Shown: piece by piece, positions 27,201 through 41,100 of the stretch
Layout: each line of letters begins with the position of its first letter
Position numbering within the stretch: position 1 is the stretch's first letter
Assembly: GCA_964016885.1 (NCBI GenBank)
Contig: OZ024745.1
Coordinates: 73,408,001 to 73,472,000 of the forward strand
DNA: 64,000 nt
Source of the DNA: Eledone cirrhosa
Lineage: Eukaryota
Direction: 5' to 3'
The notes under the pieces: model-generated
Database searches by the model: none
The model's input: the letters and a program-made list of their open reading frames with translations, nothing else
Told to the model about the DNA's origin: nothing
Made by a program: the position numbers and the translations under genes

Positions 27201-27790
27201 CTAGAATACCAAAACAACTCTTTTATGGAGAGTTGGTTAAAGGAAAACGACCGCCACATAAACCAAAAAAGAGGTATAAGGATTCCTTGAAAGCCTCTCT
27301 GAAAGACGCTAACATCTCTGCTGATACATGGGAGAATATTGCTGCTGATCGTAATAAATGGAGAAAGACTGTATATGAGGGAAAAGTTGCCTTTGAGGCA
27401 TCTCGAATCGCATACGAGAAAGTAAAGCGGGATGTGAGGAAGGGCATTGCTGTTGCACTTCCAGACGGCGAGGGTCCTCCTATGGTGCTGACATGCAGCG
27501 TATGTGCGAGACTCTGCCTAAGCAAAGCTGGACTCGAAAGTCATCTTCGCAGTCATAAAGTAAGACCAGTGGTTGACTACCAGGCTGCTGTTGGAGATGC
27601 TACTCATCATGCTTGCCAAACATGTGGTAGAGAATATAAATCAGCAGGAGGGCTCAAGCGACATGCAAAATTACACGAACTCCAACCACAGCCGACTATT
27701 CCCAGTAAATGTTTTGGTTGCCGACTCTGTGCAAGACATTTTAAATCATTGGCTGGGCTAAAAAGCCACATTCGATCGCAGCGCTGTTAG
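24259..27790 (+). pseudogene. RTE-clade LINE ORF (APE + RT + C-terminal C2H2 fingers); stop at 25498, frameshift ~26388, YVDD
   Basis: WNVRTL, LSETR, GDFNA, TDH; NYRGISLLS, QSGFR, DLTKAFD, GVKQG, YVDD, LRWSGH; 3' UTR ends gcagccatc(ATGT)n at ~28250. Confidence 0.94.
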
Positions 27791-27920
27791 TTGCTATCGT
27801 GTGTGTGTGAGTGTGTGTAGATATGCTTATGTGTGTGCGTGTGTGTGTATATATATATGTATATGTATATTATTATTGTTGTTGTCATTGTTATTATTGT
27901 TGTTGTTATTATTATTATTA

Positions 27921-27964
<44 letters not shown>

Positions 27965-27976
27965 GTTATTAATGTA

Positions 27977-28021
<45 letters not shown>

Positions 28022-28088
28022 ATGTATATATATATATATATTTTTTTTTTTAATTATTTTTTTTTTTTATTTTTATTTTCTTTTTATT

Positions 28089-28199
<111 letters not shown>

Positions 28200-28269
28200 T
28201 TTTCTTCTTCTCGTGCAATGGCCATACTCGATAACGAGGGGGCAGCCATCATGTATGTATGTATGTATG

Positions 28270-29137
28270 TTATCTCTTTCTCTTAATTTTGAGTATATAT
28301 TTTTGACCGGCCACCTTCCTGGTGGCAAGGTTGTAAAAGAAAAGAAATTGTCATTCCTTGAATCGCAAGAATGTTTTGCAAATTTTGAAGGTGCCAGTTA
28401 TCGCAGCCATTTGTAGACTATGAATTAGGGAGCTGCGCTTTTTGTCCGCAAATCCAAGTTCAGTCATACTTTCGTCCAAGCGGGTTGGTATATAACTCGT
28501 AGCTCCAATAATAATGGGTATGAAGCTAAAGGTGTATCTTGGATACTGGATTTGTAAACTCCTCATCAATGGTCCGTAGATGTCCTCCTTCTCCTGTATT
28601 TTTCTGACAACGTTTACATCAAGTGGGCAGCTGTACTCCACAACAGAACACGTTTTCAATGTGTGGTCCCAAACAACAATATCAGGCCGGTTGTGCTTTA
28701 ATTTGGTGGCAGTTTTTATTTTCAGGTTCCACCAGTATTCCTTAGTGCCATCTGTCTCAATATATTCTTCCTCGTTTGTTGTTAATTTTGTTTTCCGAAG
28801 TGCGTTCCAGATGGTTCTAGCTATCCCATCGTGTCTCATGGGGGAGGTAGTAGCGAGATGACATTCTTTCGCAGCTGGCAACAATGTGGCTTACATCCTC
28901 GATCTTTGTTTTACATAGCCTACATTTATTGTCAGCTGCTGGCCCTCCCCTTTTGTGCAGCAGATATTTGGTAGGGAGTTCTTGTTCCTGTATTGCATAG
29001 AGATATCCCTCAAGGTGTGATGTCATAAACTTGTCGGAACACCATGCCAGGCTTTTTGAGTGGTTTACCCCCTCTATGGTCTGTGTTTTACGTCTTAAGT
29101 ATCCATGCACAACTTTTTCTGTAAATTGGTCAATTTT
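28270..29137 (-). mobile_element. R4/Dong-clade LINE 3' part (CCHC finger + restriction-like endonuclease)
   Basis: MHGY, AIQEQE, CRLC..EDVSHIVASC, RHD, WWN, RPDIVVWD, EK...Y, IIIGA; (CATA)n on both sides of the sense strand. Confidence 0.9.
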
Positions 29138-29237
29138 TATGTATGTATGTATGTATGTATGTATGTATGTATGTATGTATGTATGTATGTATGTATGTAT
29201 GTATGTATGTATGTATGTATGTATGTATGTATGTATG

Positions 29238-29845
29238 TCAGATCACCAGTTGGTGCTACTGGTAACATGTATTCCAGTACAACCTGTCCCATTGTCGGGC
29301 GTTGGCGACTAAACTGGCAACCCCACCAAGGTTTCTTGGTGAGGAGGGTGACTTTGGACATCCTACAGGACTAATAACAAAACCTGTCAAAGGGCAAAGG
29401 AGCTCTTAAGAGTCAATGGCCATCCAAAATCACCGGGTGAGATGACCCCTCAACCTTTGTCAAGGCAGAATTCTAGGAGAAGAAAAACTCTGATGTAACA
29501 CCTGCAACCCTGATGGTATCCAATGATGTTGATTTGTTCTTCTCTTTGGTAAATATCATCTTTAGTAAGAGAGTGGGACTGGCTTTGTGCAGTGCCTTTG
29601 CTCACTATAAAAGCTTCACGACATAGGCAATGCTTTATATCTGGAGATCTCTCTGCACTTGTCGTTACATGGTACCATGGGCCCAGCACTATGTGTCAAT
29701 AGTTGTCACAGGTGTAGTGATTTGTACCAGAGTTTTCAAGTCGCTGGCTGGACTAAAAAGTCACACTCGTTCAGCGCATCGGTAGGAGTTCTCCTACATG
29801 GATATAAGGTAGTGGTCGTACTCGAAAACGAGTTGGCAGCCAACA
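29238..29845 (+). mobile_element. Bipartite non-autonomous RTE derivative (~600 bp)
   Basis: Same leader as 11678; 3' hairpin ctcg-aaaa-cgag followed by ggcagccaac(ATGT)n. Confidence 0.8.
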
Positions 29846-30345
29846 TGTATGTATGTATGTATGTATGTATGTATGTATGTATGTATGTATGTATGTATGT
29901 ATGTATGTATGTATGTATGTATGTATGTATGTATGTATGTATGTATGTATGAGGGAGCTTATAGATAGGACAACACACGCTGCCTTTTCGTGGGGTAAAT
30001 TTTTAATTAATTTTTGTATTCTGAAACATCAAGATACAACAATTTTTTGGTCACTGGACTCGGGAATGTCACGACAGAAGTTTGTGGAAGTTACACAAAT
30101 ATTTTAGTATATTTTACCAGAGCAATCCTTATTTATATTTTACATTTTACATTTACTTACATCTCAATATAACATGGCTAAAATTCAAATTTTGCAAAGA
30201 GAAGAAAACGGACATATGAACTAGATACATCTCACTGTCCCCCGCCACCACAATAACGTCTACACTCTCTCCCCACCATCACATGTCATTTCCCTATCTA
30301 GACTAAATTCATCGACCTGTTGTCAAACTCACTACTCTGTGTTGA

Positions 30346-30387
<42 letters not shown>

Positions 30388-30391
30388 TATG

Positions 30392-31010
30392 GTCAGGTCA
30401 CCAGTTGGTGCTACTGGTAACATGTATCCCAGTACAACCTGTCTCATGGTCGGGTCGTTGGCGACTAAATTGGCAACCCCACCAAGGTTTCTTGGTGAGG
30501 AGGGTGACTTTGGACATCCTGCAGGACTAAAAACAAAACCTGTCAAAGGTCAAAGAGCAAAGGAGCTCTTAAGAGTCAATGGCCATCCAAAATCACCGGG
30601 AGAGATGACCCCCTTAGCCTTTGTCAAGGCAGAATTCTAGGAGAAGGAAAACTCTGATATAGCACCTGCAACCCTGATGCTATCCAATTATGTTGACTTG
30701 TTATTCTTTTTGATAAATATCATCTTGGTTAAGAGAGTGGGACTGGCTTTGTGCAGTGCCTTTGCTCACTATAAAAGCGTCACGGCACAGGCATTGCTTT
30801 ATATCTGGATATCTCTCTGCACTTGTCGTTACATGGTACCATGGGCCCAGCACTATGTGTCAATAGTTGTCACAGGTGTAGTGTTTGTACCAGAGTTTTC
30901 AAGTCGCTGGCTGGACTAAAACGTCACACTCGTTCAGCGCATCGGTGGGGGTTCTCCTACATGGATATAAAGTAGTGGCCGTACTCGCAAACGAATTGGC
31001 AGCCACCATA
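30392..31010 (+). mobile_element. Bipartite non-autonomous RTE derivative
   Basis: Closely similar to 29238-29845 over its full length. Confidence 0.8.
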
Positions 31011-32172
31011 TGTATGTATATGTGTGTATATACATCACTCAGTCAAACGACCAGATTTCAACCCCAACGTTTACGACAACAACACCGGCACTAATGTTTA
31101 CAGCAACAACAGCTTCAGAATGAATTGAAATGAACATTTACAACAACAGCGGCATCAAACGATGAAAAAAAAAAAAAACAAAAAAAAACACAAATAAACA
31201 AAAAAACTCAAAATAACAAAACACACACACTCACACACGCACACAACACAACAACAACACCACCGCCACCACCACCACCACCACCACTACCACCGCCGCC
31301 ATCATCATCACCAGCGACCGGGGCTTAAGAAGAAGAAAACAACTTTAATAATAATTTTTCTGCTTTTGGCACGTATCCAGCGACTGGTCCAGCGCATTAC
31401 TGGTACTCTCTTTTGTTGACTCCGTGGGGATGAAAGACAGGGTTGACCCCGGCGGGATTTAAGCTCAGAGCATGGAGAGCCATAGCTCTATGCTGTAAAG
31501 CAATTATAATAATACTGGACTGTGATACGAACGGCTTCAACTATACAAACTCTTGAAAGTCAACATTTGACATAATCTTGTAATCTTGTATCAGTAATGA
31601 CGGTAATATATATATATATATGTGTGTGTGTGTGTAAGTGAGTAGCGTGTGTGTGTTTGTTTGTATGTATGAGTGTTGCTGTGTGCGCGCGTATGTATGC
31701 GTGTGTGTATGCGCATATGTATGCGCGTGTGTGTATGTCGTACGTATAAGTGTCAATAAGTGAGTTTTTTTGTTTTTTTTGCGCGGGGACAGAGAAATAA
31801 TCGGGCTGGATGCCCGATCTCGCAGTTAAACCACTGGGAGTGAAGAACCCCTAGCCCTTGTCAGGGCATTCTTCTAGGAGAAGGCATCTCAGGAAACTGG
31901 GTTAACTCCGACATAAAAAAATTTCTTTGAAAAATCATGGCTGACTCAAAGTCACACCTTCCTCACAAACTAACACCTCACACCGACACCACCATTGTAA
32001 ATATTACTACGTTGCCAACACTAAAAATATAAGCAGTAGCAATATTTTAAATTTGTCTCAGCCAGACATTCATTTCCCGCCATTACCAATGACTGCAGGT
32101 GTTAAAGCCGCCACCCCCACCACAGCGACAACAGAAACAAAAGAAAAAAATTAATTAACTCGTGATATCGAA

Positions 32173-34048
32173 ATGAATTCAGCCAAAATGAACTCTTCCA
32201 CACCGAACACCACTGACGCCACCACCACCACAACTGAAACTAAAATTAACAATAACAAAAATAACGATAACAACAACAGCAACAATGAAATTAAGAAAAC
32301 TACCCTAAGTTTTGCCAGAGTAGCAAAAACGTGCGAAGCGATCCAGGTAACTCAGGAGGAATTAGAAGAAGCCAAAAGAATGGTAAAGAAAGATGGGTAC
32401 AGGGTCAGCCTCACCCTCCCACCTAATAAAATAGAGCATCGTCGCCTATGCACCTTGTCTTATCGGACAATTAACATAAAATCGCGCCGAGTGGAACGGG
32501 CATCCGAGTCCCAAATCCAAAAAGCTTTGGGACATGTGTGGACAAAAAAACCCCACATCAGACGTGGGCAGAAATATGGAACCGTGGACGTGTTCTTTGA
32601 AACACCACAGGAGGCCAGAGAACACTCCATGCCCCCATTAAGAAGTGACGACTTCACGCTCGTCCCAAGCTATTGTGGCCAGAGACTTGTGAAGATCAGG
32701 GTGACCCACGTTCCACCGGCCATCGAAATTACCTGGCTAATGGCTGCCGTCCTCGCCGGCATCGAGGCCAATACCAAGATAATCGAAATAGCGAAAGAAA
32801 AGCAGGAGAACTGGTCCGGATCTGGGATGGAGCTCCTGATCCAAGCGGACCATAAAAGCATTGAGGAGATCCCAGAGGTAATAGACCTCACTGACGGCAG
32901 CCACCTCACCGTAATCGTCGAGGGCAGAAGGCCTAGGTGTGAGGTTTGTGGTGAAGGAACCCACCTAAGGGCTTTCTGCCCTCAGGCTAAAAGGTTGAGG
33001 CCACCTCTCTTACCCACCCTAGTGACTCAACCATCAACACCACCAGCAGCAGAAATGGCAGCAACAACTGTAGCAGCAACAACAGAAGCAACTGTAACAT
33101 CAACAACCCCAGCAACAGTAGCAAAACCAACACCACCACCACCCAACGCGCCAGAACTAGCAGCAGCGCCTACACCATCCACCACGCCACAACCAAAACC
33201 AACGCCTGTGGAGGATTTTCCACTCCCCGGCTTATCGCAACTGGAGACAGATTGTGACGACGAGGAGTGGGAAACGGTATCAGGAAAAAATAAAAAAAGA
33301 AACCAAAAAAGAAAGATATTCTCTTCCTTCCCCCTCCAAAAACAAAATACAGAGGGAAACAAATAAATTATCAAACGAAAAAGTTAGGACAGATATGCCA
33401 CCATCCACACCAGCATCACCCACCACATCCCCACAAACACAAACACCATCACCATCATTAACCCCAACACCACCATCACCAACACCACAAAAGTCACCAA
33501 AAAGTGTAACAGAAACAAACCCACAACAAACGCAAACAAAACAAAACAACCAAAACGATACACACTACACAGCATTAAATTTGAACAGGATTGGCAGTAT
33601 CAGTAGAGGGTCGGACGCCATGTTTTCCAGCATAGTTACGTTCCTTTACGATCTGAGTTCAAATCCCGCCGAGGTTCACTTTGCCTTTCATCCTTACGGG
33701 GTCGATAAAATAAAGTACCAGCAATGCACTGGGTAATTGCTGGCCTTGTGCCTAAAGTAGAAACAATTAAATTTGAACAACAACCAATTATTACACTACA
33801 TGCAAAACAACACCAGCATCACAGAAAAAGACTACACAACAACCCAAAAGTTCACACCACCTCCACACATACAAATCACTCGCATCACACAGAAAACGTA
33901 CACGACACTAAAACAAAAATTCCCCAAAGACATCGGAGACTTCCGACAAACACTCTCCAGGAGGATTTATAAGGACATCCTTCCTGAGGAGGCCACAAGC
34001 AGTGAAAAGGATGGAGAAACCGTCCTTCGTCTAAGAGAAGTAAGGTAA
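32173..34048 (+). pseudogene. Tx1-like ORF1 (gag-like, zinc knuckle, Pro/Thr-rich), disrupted by a frameshift ~33310 and a SINE insertion
   Basis: SFARVA, GRRPRCEVCGEGTHLRAFC (CX2CX4HX4C); C-terminus matches 20231-20494. Confidence 0.85.
33588..33765 (+). mobile_element. Nin-type SINE inserted in Tx1 ORF1
   Basis: 14-bp TSD attaaatttgaaca at 33574-33587 and 33766-33779. Confidence 0.92.
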
Positions 34049-34082
34049 GTGGTATTTCTCATCTTTTCCACTCCATTTCAAC

Positions 34083-37000
34083 ATGACCTCACTCAGAATA
34101 GGCAGCATAAATGCGCGTGGCTTGGGGTCGTCATGGAAGCAGGGCCACCTGCTCAACGATCTCAGGTCACTAAACATAGATGTAGTGGCCATCAGCGAGA
34201 CCAGAATCTCCGAATCACAGGCCTTCGCACCAATCTTCGGCGGCTACGATGTGTACGCATCTCCCAGCCGTCTGGGATCGGGGGGGGGGGGGGAGTTGCT
34301 GTGCTTTTTCGGAGAGGTTTGGATCTCGCCATACGGGCCATCTTCCTGGACCCAGAAGGTAAGTTGGTGGTGCTAGACGTGACCAGCGGAGACGGGCAAG
34401 CTTTCAGGCTAGTGGCCGTCTATGCCCCGACAGGAGTAGGGCGGCTTGATTTCTTCCGGCGTCTGGAGACCTTTCTTGGAACGTACCGCTTTTTGGTGTT
34501 AGTGGGCGACTGGAACGGGATCTTAGATGCAGGCTGGGACTGTTGGGGGATTAGCGGATAGGGGAGAAGGGTACAAGAGTCTCACCAACCTGTTCAGGCG
34601 TTTTGAACTGTCTGACAGGTACCGATTGGATTTCCCGAATGGGCCAATGTGGACTTGGACAAATCGCATAGGGTCATCCAGATCATATCTCGATAGAGTA
34701 ATTTGTAAGGAAATAGATAGGTCTAGCATAGGCTGTCCACAATTCAAGATAGTCAGCTACTCGGACCACAAATTCGTGATTTGTGTGCTTGACTTAGATA
34801 GGCTTCATAGACGAGGACCCGGCTACTGGAAGCTAAACGCGTCCTTACCAGCGCGCAAGGCCTACAGAGACCGGATTAGCGAACTACTTAAGCGGGCGTT
34901 GACGGGGGCCATCGTCAACAACAAGTGGTGGTTTGCTCTGAAAAGAGCAATTAGAATAGAGTCCATTAGGTTGAGTAAGGCTTTAGCAATAGAGAAAAAT
35001 AGAGCAGAGGGAGAATTAGTTAGAAAATTAGACGAGGCGCTTAGCAAAGGAATCGCGACCGACGTACTTGCGGCGAAATTGGCCCTTGACCAATTCTTCA
35101 ATGCAAAGCACGAAGGCTGCGTTGTCAGAGCTAGGGTGCGTGCTCACAGACACGAGGGGACGAAAGCCGTTCAATGGGCCCGAGTGGCGGAGGCGCATCG
35201 TGACGACAAAGCCACGATCCGGTCTTTGGTGGACCACGATGGGCGCATGCTACTCGATCCCGGGCAAATGTGTGAAGCTTTTCAGCGACACTTTGCTCAG
35301 CTGATCGGGGGCAGCGGCGAGCCGGATCAAGGGATGGACTTTAGTTTCTATCTCGACGGACTGCCGCGGCTCTCGGCCACTGAGGCGGAGTGTTGCGAAA
35401 AGCCGATAACAGCCGCTGAAGTACGGGAGGCAATGACTGGCTGCACAAGGGGTAAATCGCCTGGTTTGGATGGTCTGCCCTATGAACTTTACGTACAGAT
35501 GCCAGACTTGTTCGGAGACCTCTTGGCGGACATCTACTCCAACTGGCAACAGAACGGGAGAATTCCCAGCTCTGTGAGCCGAGGAGCTGTGGCGCTGCTG
35601 AGAAAGGATCCGAGTTCAAGATTTTGGCCAAGGCGCTAGCAAAGAGGTTGGCGCTTGTCGTTGGTGGTCTGGTGGGAGAGGTGCAGACATGCGCCATTCC
35701 CGACTGATCCATCCACGACAGCCGCCACCTCATGCGATACATCGTAGAGAGGGTAGCTAGGGAACCTGGCACGGGTGGGTCCTTGATCAATTTAGATCAG
35801 TCGAAAGCTTTCGATAGGGTCGCCCATCTTTACCTAGCGGCAGTCCTGAGGGCGGCTGGCTTTGGGCCCGTCTTCAGAGGCTGGATCGCTGCCATGTACA
35901 GCGACGTCTGCTCTGTGGTGAGAGTGAACGGTCAGCTTTCGGAACCGTTCAACATCATGCGCTCGGTCCGCCAAGAATGTCCCCTCTCGTCCCTCTTGTA
36001 CGTATTGACTCTCGAGCCATTACTGCACAAACTGGAGACGTTGACGGGTGTCCCGCGCGAACTAGGATGCGGAAGATCCGTGTCAGTATATGCGGACGAT
36101 GTTACCGTAATGGTGTCAAACGCCAAACACATCGAGGCGATCGGCACTACACCGAGAGAATACGAAGCGGTGACAGGAGCAATGATCAACCAGGAAAGGT
36201 CAGTGGGCCTGCAGCTCAGCACCTGGAGAGGCAGGTCCATGCCGTCCAACAGCGTCGTCGGGCGCTGGACGGACGGACCGGTTAAATTGCTCGGGGTCTG
36301 GTTCGGTCCGGATCTCCAGACGGACAAAAACTGAGACTAGGTGACGAGCAGGGTGGCTTCTCTCACCCAGAAATGGGCCGAGAGGAAGCTATCCCTGAAA
36401 GGTCGAGCGGAGGTGGCTAACGAGTATATCGCGTCCGTCATCTACTACCGCCTGACCGTCGTACCTTGTCTTAAGCACCGCCTGACTGCGCTGGAGCGTT
36501 TGCTCTTTCGCTTTTTGTGGAAGGGACCCGCTCCGATGGTCAGGCGGTCCATCTGCTGTCAACACCCGCTACGTGGAGGGCTGGGAATGCCGTGACTGAT
36601 GATGCGCAGACACGCGCTCAGGCTACGACATCTCCACCTCTTCCTCGACGGTGATCAGGTGTGGTCGCCGTGACGCGTCTTTCCCCAGATCGTCTCCTTG
36701 ACGGAGCTGCAGTCCTGGGTCAAGCGAAGACCGAGAGAGAGCGCTTGGAGACTGGAATGTCTTCAGGCGCTCACAGCCCTCGACCAATCGGGCAATGTGA
36801 TCGGTGGAAACTCCACCTTGGCGTTCTATAGAGGATTAGTGGAGGGGAAGAGCGACGACGTACTTGGGGAAACTCTAGGCGTCGACGAAAATCAACTAGC
36901 CAATCTCTTCGGAAGAACTTTCGGGCCGGGGCCTATGGACAACTTCCAGAAATCCCTGGCCTGGCAGTGCTACCGAGGAGCCTTGCCAGTTCGGGATAAA

Positions 37001-37449
37001 CTCTACAGGCATAGAGGTACTGTCAGCCGGGCATGTCCGAGATGCGCGCAGGGCGATGAAACCGTCCTGCACGCACTCGTCCAGTGTCCGAGCATTGCTG
37101 ACTTGTGGGTTTATGTCGAACACCTGCTGTCGCGTGTAGGACGGATCCAGCTATCAGCTGAGTCCATCGTGAGGATTGCCCCGCCCTCTTCCTTTAGTCG
37201 GGAAGGGCAGGCAGTTTTTATCTGTCTGGGAGCCATGGCGAAAGAGATAGTATGGTGGACACGTTTGAAAGGGCTGAAAACAAGCACTTACCTCTTCGGT
37301 GAGCCCTGATTAACTTTTTCAAATTTCATTTGAAAAGGAAAATCAGGGTAGAAAGGGAAGTGCTCTCTTCCCAGCATTTTGTTGAAAGAAGGGTGAGAGA
37401 CGCAAGAATGGCCCGAGTGAATGGGCCTACTCTGAGTATGTGTTTGTAA
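34083..37449 (+). pseudogene. Tx1-like ORF2 copy 2 with multiple frameshifts, stops and a deletion
   Basis: Collinear with 20529-23947; G-run slip ~34285, deletion ~35611, stops ~35705, 36332, 36593. Confidence 0.92.
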
Positions 37450-37754
37450 ATTAAAGGCGGAAAACTGGGAGAGGGCACTTGCCCTGGTGGTCAGGGTCAC
37501 TGTGGCTTTTTAATGGGCTTTCTCCACGAATGTCCTTCGGAAGTCTCCCCCCTATTGGGGAATTTTTTCATTGTTCTATTATTACATCCTCTGTTTCTTG
37601 TTTTTTACACGCAGAAATGGCCCATTTGTACCGTCCTGTATTATCCTGTACTGTCCTTAATGTCTACTATATGTAAACCCTTGTGGTTAATAAAGAAAGC
37701 ATTATTATTGTTCTTTGAGTCTCAGTCATTGATGTTAGTTAACTGGAAAGTTTG

Positions 37755-37962
37755 TTGAAATAAATAACAAGCCACTACCTGCAGCCTCAGATATTCAGGA
37801 CGTATCGGAGTGTTCTTGCTGTTCCCAGCAAGCATGCCTTTTGAAGCGTTCCAAAAAGCGTGGCGGGGCCAATTTTCTTTAACTATCCCTGGAAACTTTT
37901 TGAGATAGTACCTAGTGCGCCTATGACAATCGGGACCACTTTGACTTCATGGCAGTCCATTA
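37755..37962 (-). pseudogene. R4/Dong-type RLE C-terminal fragment (separate family)
   Basis: VKVVPIVIGALGTI...LQKACLLGTARTLRYVL. Confidence 0.8.
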
Positions 37963-37967
37963 CTATT

Positions 37968-38071
37968 ATCCCACCGAGGTTGACTTTGCCTTTCATCCTT
38001 ACGGGGTCGATAAAATAAAGTACCAGTAATACACTGGGTATTTTGCTGGCCTTGTGCCTAAAGTAGAAACA

Positions 38072-38075
<4 letters not shown>
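37968..38075 (+). mobile_element. 5'-truncated Nin-type SINE with (ATT)n tail
   Basis: ccgaggttgactttgcctttcatccttacggggtcgataaaataaagtacc. Confidence 0.88.
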
Positions 38076-38128
<53 letters not shown>

Positions 38129-38175
38129 GTTACTATTATTATTACTTTTTTTTTTTCTTTTTTTTCCCCAATTCA

Positions 38176-41100
38176 ATGATGTTCCAGAACAATATAAAAG
38201 AGATAATTGGCAATTTAGGTTCTGGAACAAAAAAGATAATTGGCAATAAGGGCAGGAGCCCCAGGTTATCACAGCCTGGGCCCGCTCGTCATCGTGACAT
38301 TGTAATAGAGCCAAACAAGACATTTAGTCTTGGCTGCTGGAACGTACGGACGCTGCTTGACAGGGATTCCTTGGAGGTCCTGAACGAAGGACCGCTCTTG
38401 TTGCAAAGGAGCTTCGACGTTACGATCTTGACATCGTGGCTTTATCTGAGACGAGGTTAGCTGCAGATGGTCATCTTACAGAATTTTGTGGAGAATATAC
38501 ATTCTTCTGGAAAGGAAGAGATGAAGGAACCAGAAGAGAGGCTGGGGTAGGATTTGCTGTTAAGACTGTACTTGTGAATAAATTAGAAGAATTCCCAGTA
38601 GGGATTAGTGAGCGTCTTATGTCCATGAGAATTCCGCAGGACAAAGGAAGATATGCGACCCTGGTGAGTGTGTATGCTCCAACTATGAATTCTGTCGATG
38701 AAGAAAAAGTGTCCTTTTACCATGCCTTGAAAGGTGTTTTAAGAAATATCCCTCAGGCAGACAAAGTCATCGTGCTTGGTGACTTTAATGTTAGAGTGGG
38801 TAGGGATTTTAACACATGGAATGTAATCGGAGGCCATGGGGTGGGAAAGTGTAACAACAATGGTATGCTCCTGCTGCAGATGTGTGAGGAGCTGGATCTG
38901 TGTGTTACCAACACCATGTTCCAACAAAAGAACAAATTCAAGACCACATGGATGCATCCTGCATCTAAGGAATGGCATCTTTTGGACTACGTCCTAGTCA
39001 GGATGCGTGACAGACAGGATGTGCAGTGTGTTCGTGTTCTTTGTGGAGCTGAGTGCTGGACGGACCACCGCCTGGTACGCGCAAAAGTGAAACTAATCAC
39101 TAAACGTAAAATCCGGGCTCCTGGTGTTGCCCTGCCCAAAAGATTGAATGCTGGTCGTCTTAAGGATAAAAATGTGAAGACGACATTGGAAGAAGAGATG
39201 CAGACTGCAGATCTTGGTGAGGATTGGCCGACCCTTAAAAAGTCGGTTTATGATGTTCTGGGATTGGTGCAGCGAAAACATCAGGACTGGTTTAATGAGA
39301 AAGATGTACATATAGAAGACTTGTTGGCTGATAAGAGGCGTTCTCTGTCACGCTACTTGACGGCAAAACCACAGGAGAGGAATACGTTGCATGAGGAACT
39401 CAAGGATCTAAAATCACGTGTTAGCCGGAGTCTTTCTCAGATGAAGGATCAGTGGTGGAGTGAGAAGGCTGGTGAGATACAAACTGCGTCAGATTCCAAT
39501 AACATAAAGCTGTTGTACAGTCTCTTGCGTGAGGTTTATGGACCGTCTTCTTTTCTGGTGACACCGCTTCGCAGCAAGGATGGCAAAGAACTTCTTCGCG
39601 ACTCACAAGGAATTCTACGAAGGTGGCGAGAGCACTTTGATGATCTTTTGAATCAACCGTCTGTCGTCAGTGAAGATTTCCTCAATCTCATTCCAGAAAG
39701 TCCTGTGAAAGTAGCTCTCGCAGAACCTCCGACGCTTGTGGAGCTTGCAGTGGGTATTTCGAAGCTGAACAGTGGAAGATCTCCAGGTATGGACGGCATA
39801 CATGCTGAGCTCCTACAATATGGTGGTGAGAGACTCCTGCAACAACTTCACTCTTTGTTTGGCAGGATATGGGCTAATGAATCCGTACCCGAGGACTGGA
39901 GAGATGCAGTAATGGTGGTCTTGTACAAGGGAAAGGGTAACAGGAATGATTGTGGGAACTACAGAGGTATATCATTGCTTTCTGTCATAGCGAAAGTTTT
40001 ATGTAGGGTGCTTCTGGACCGTCTGCTGACACACATTGCAGATTGTGTTCTTCCTGAAAGTCAATCTGGTTTTCGTGCTGGATGCGGCACTACTGATATG
40101 ATCTTCTCAGCTAGACAACTCCAGGAGAAGTGCATGGAACAAGGCTTGGATCTGTATCAGGTTTTTGTCGATCTGACAAAAGCTTTCGATACTGTTAACA
40201 GAGATGCATTATGGAAGGTTCCCCAGAAACTTGGTTGCCCTGATAAGTTCCTAGCTTTAGTTAGGTTTTTCCATGACGACATGAAGGCTTGGGTTAATGT
40301 CGGAGGTAACATGTCGGAGCCTATCTCAGTAAAAAATGGAATGAAACAAGGGGATATTCCAGCACCGACCCTGTTTTCCATATACTTTGCAATGGTTTTC
40401 TGTATTGCATTCAGGAATTGCGAGCATGGTGTTTACATCCGATATCGAACCTCAGGCAGCATATTTAACATTAGGCGCTTTGCTGCAAAGACAAAAGTAT
40501 TTACATCAATCATAAGAGACCTCTTGTATGCAGATGATTGCGATCTTGTAGCGCACACAGAGAGTGATATGCAGCACATTTTGAATGCATTTTCTGACGC
40601 TTGCACTGCCCTAGGATTGACTGTCAGTCTCACGAAAACCGTCGTCATGTACCAACCTGCCTCTGGTAAACAGTACACTGAACCAAATATCTATGTGTAT
40701 GGTAAACGACTTGGAGTGGTTGATCAGTTTGTCTACCTGGGAAGCACTGCCAATCGACACCACCTTAAGCAATTGGAGCGTTTTCATCAGATGTGTCTCA
40801 GACGGATCTATGGCGTTCACTGGAGGGACCACATCAGTGATGTCGAGATTTTGGAAAGCTCTATGTGTGACAGTATAGAAGCTCTTGTGCTTAAGCAACG
40901 ACTCCGTTGGAGTGGTAACCTTGCCAGGATGAAGGATTCTAGAATACCAAAACAACTCTTTTATAGAGAGTTGCTTAAAGGAAAACGACGGCCACATAAA
41001 CCAAAAAAGAGGTATAAGGATTCCTTGAAAGCTTCTTTGAAAGACGCTAACATCTCTGCTGATACATGGGAAAATATTGCTGCTGATCGTAATAAATGGA

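Larger units (their letters stand above)
31919..37710 (+). mobile_element. Tx1/L1-clade LINE, copy 2 (apparently full length)
   Basis: 5' UTR, ORF1, ORF2, AATAAA ~37689, short (ATT) tail. Confidence 0.92.
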
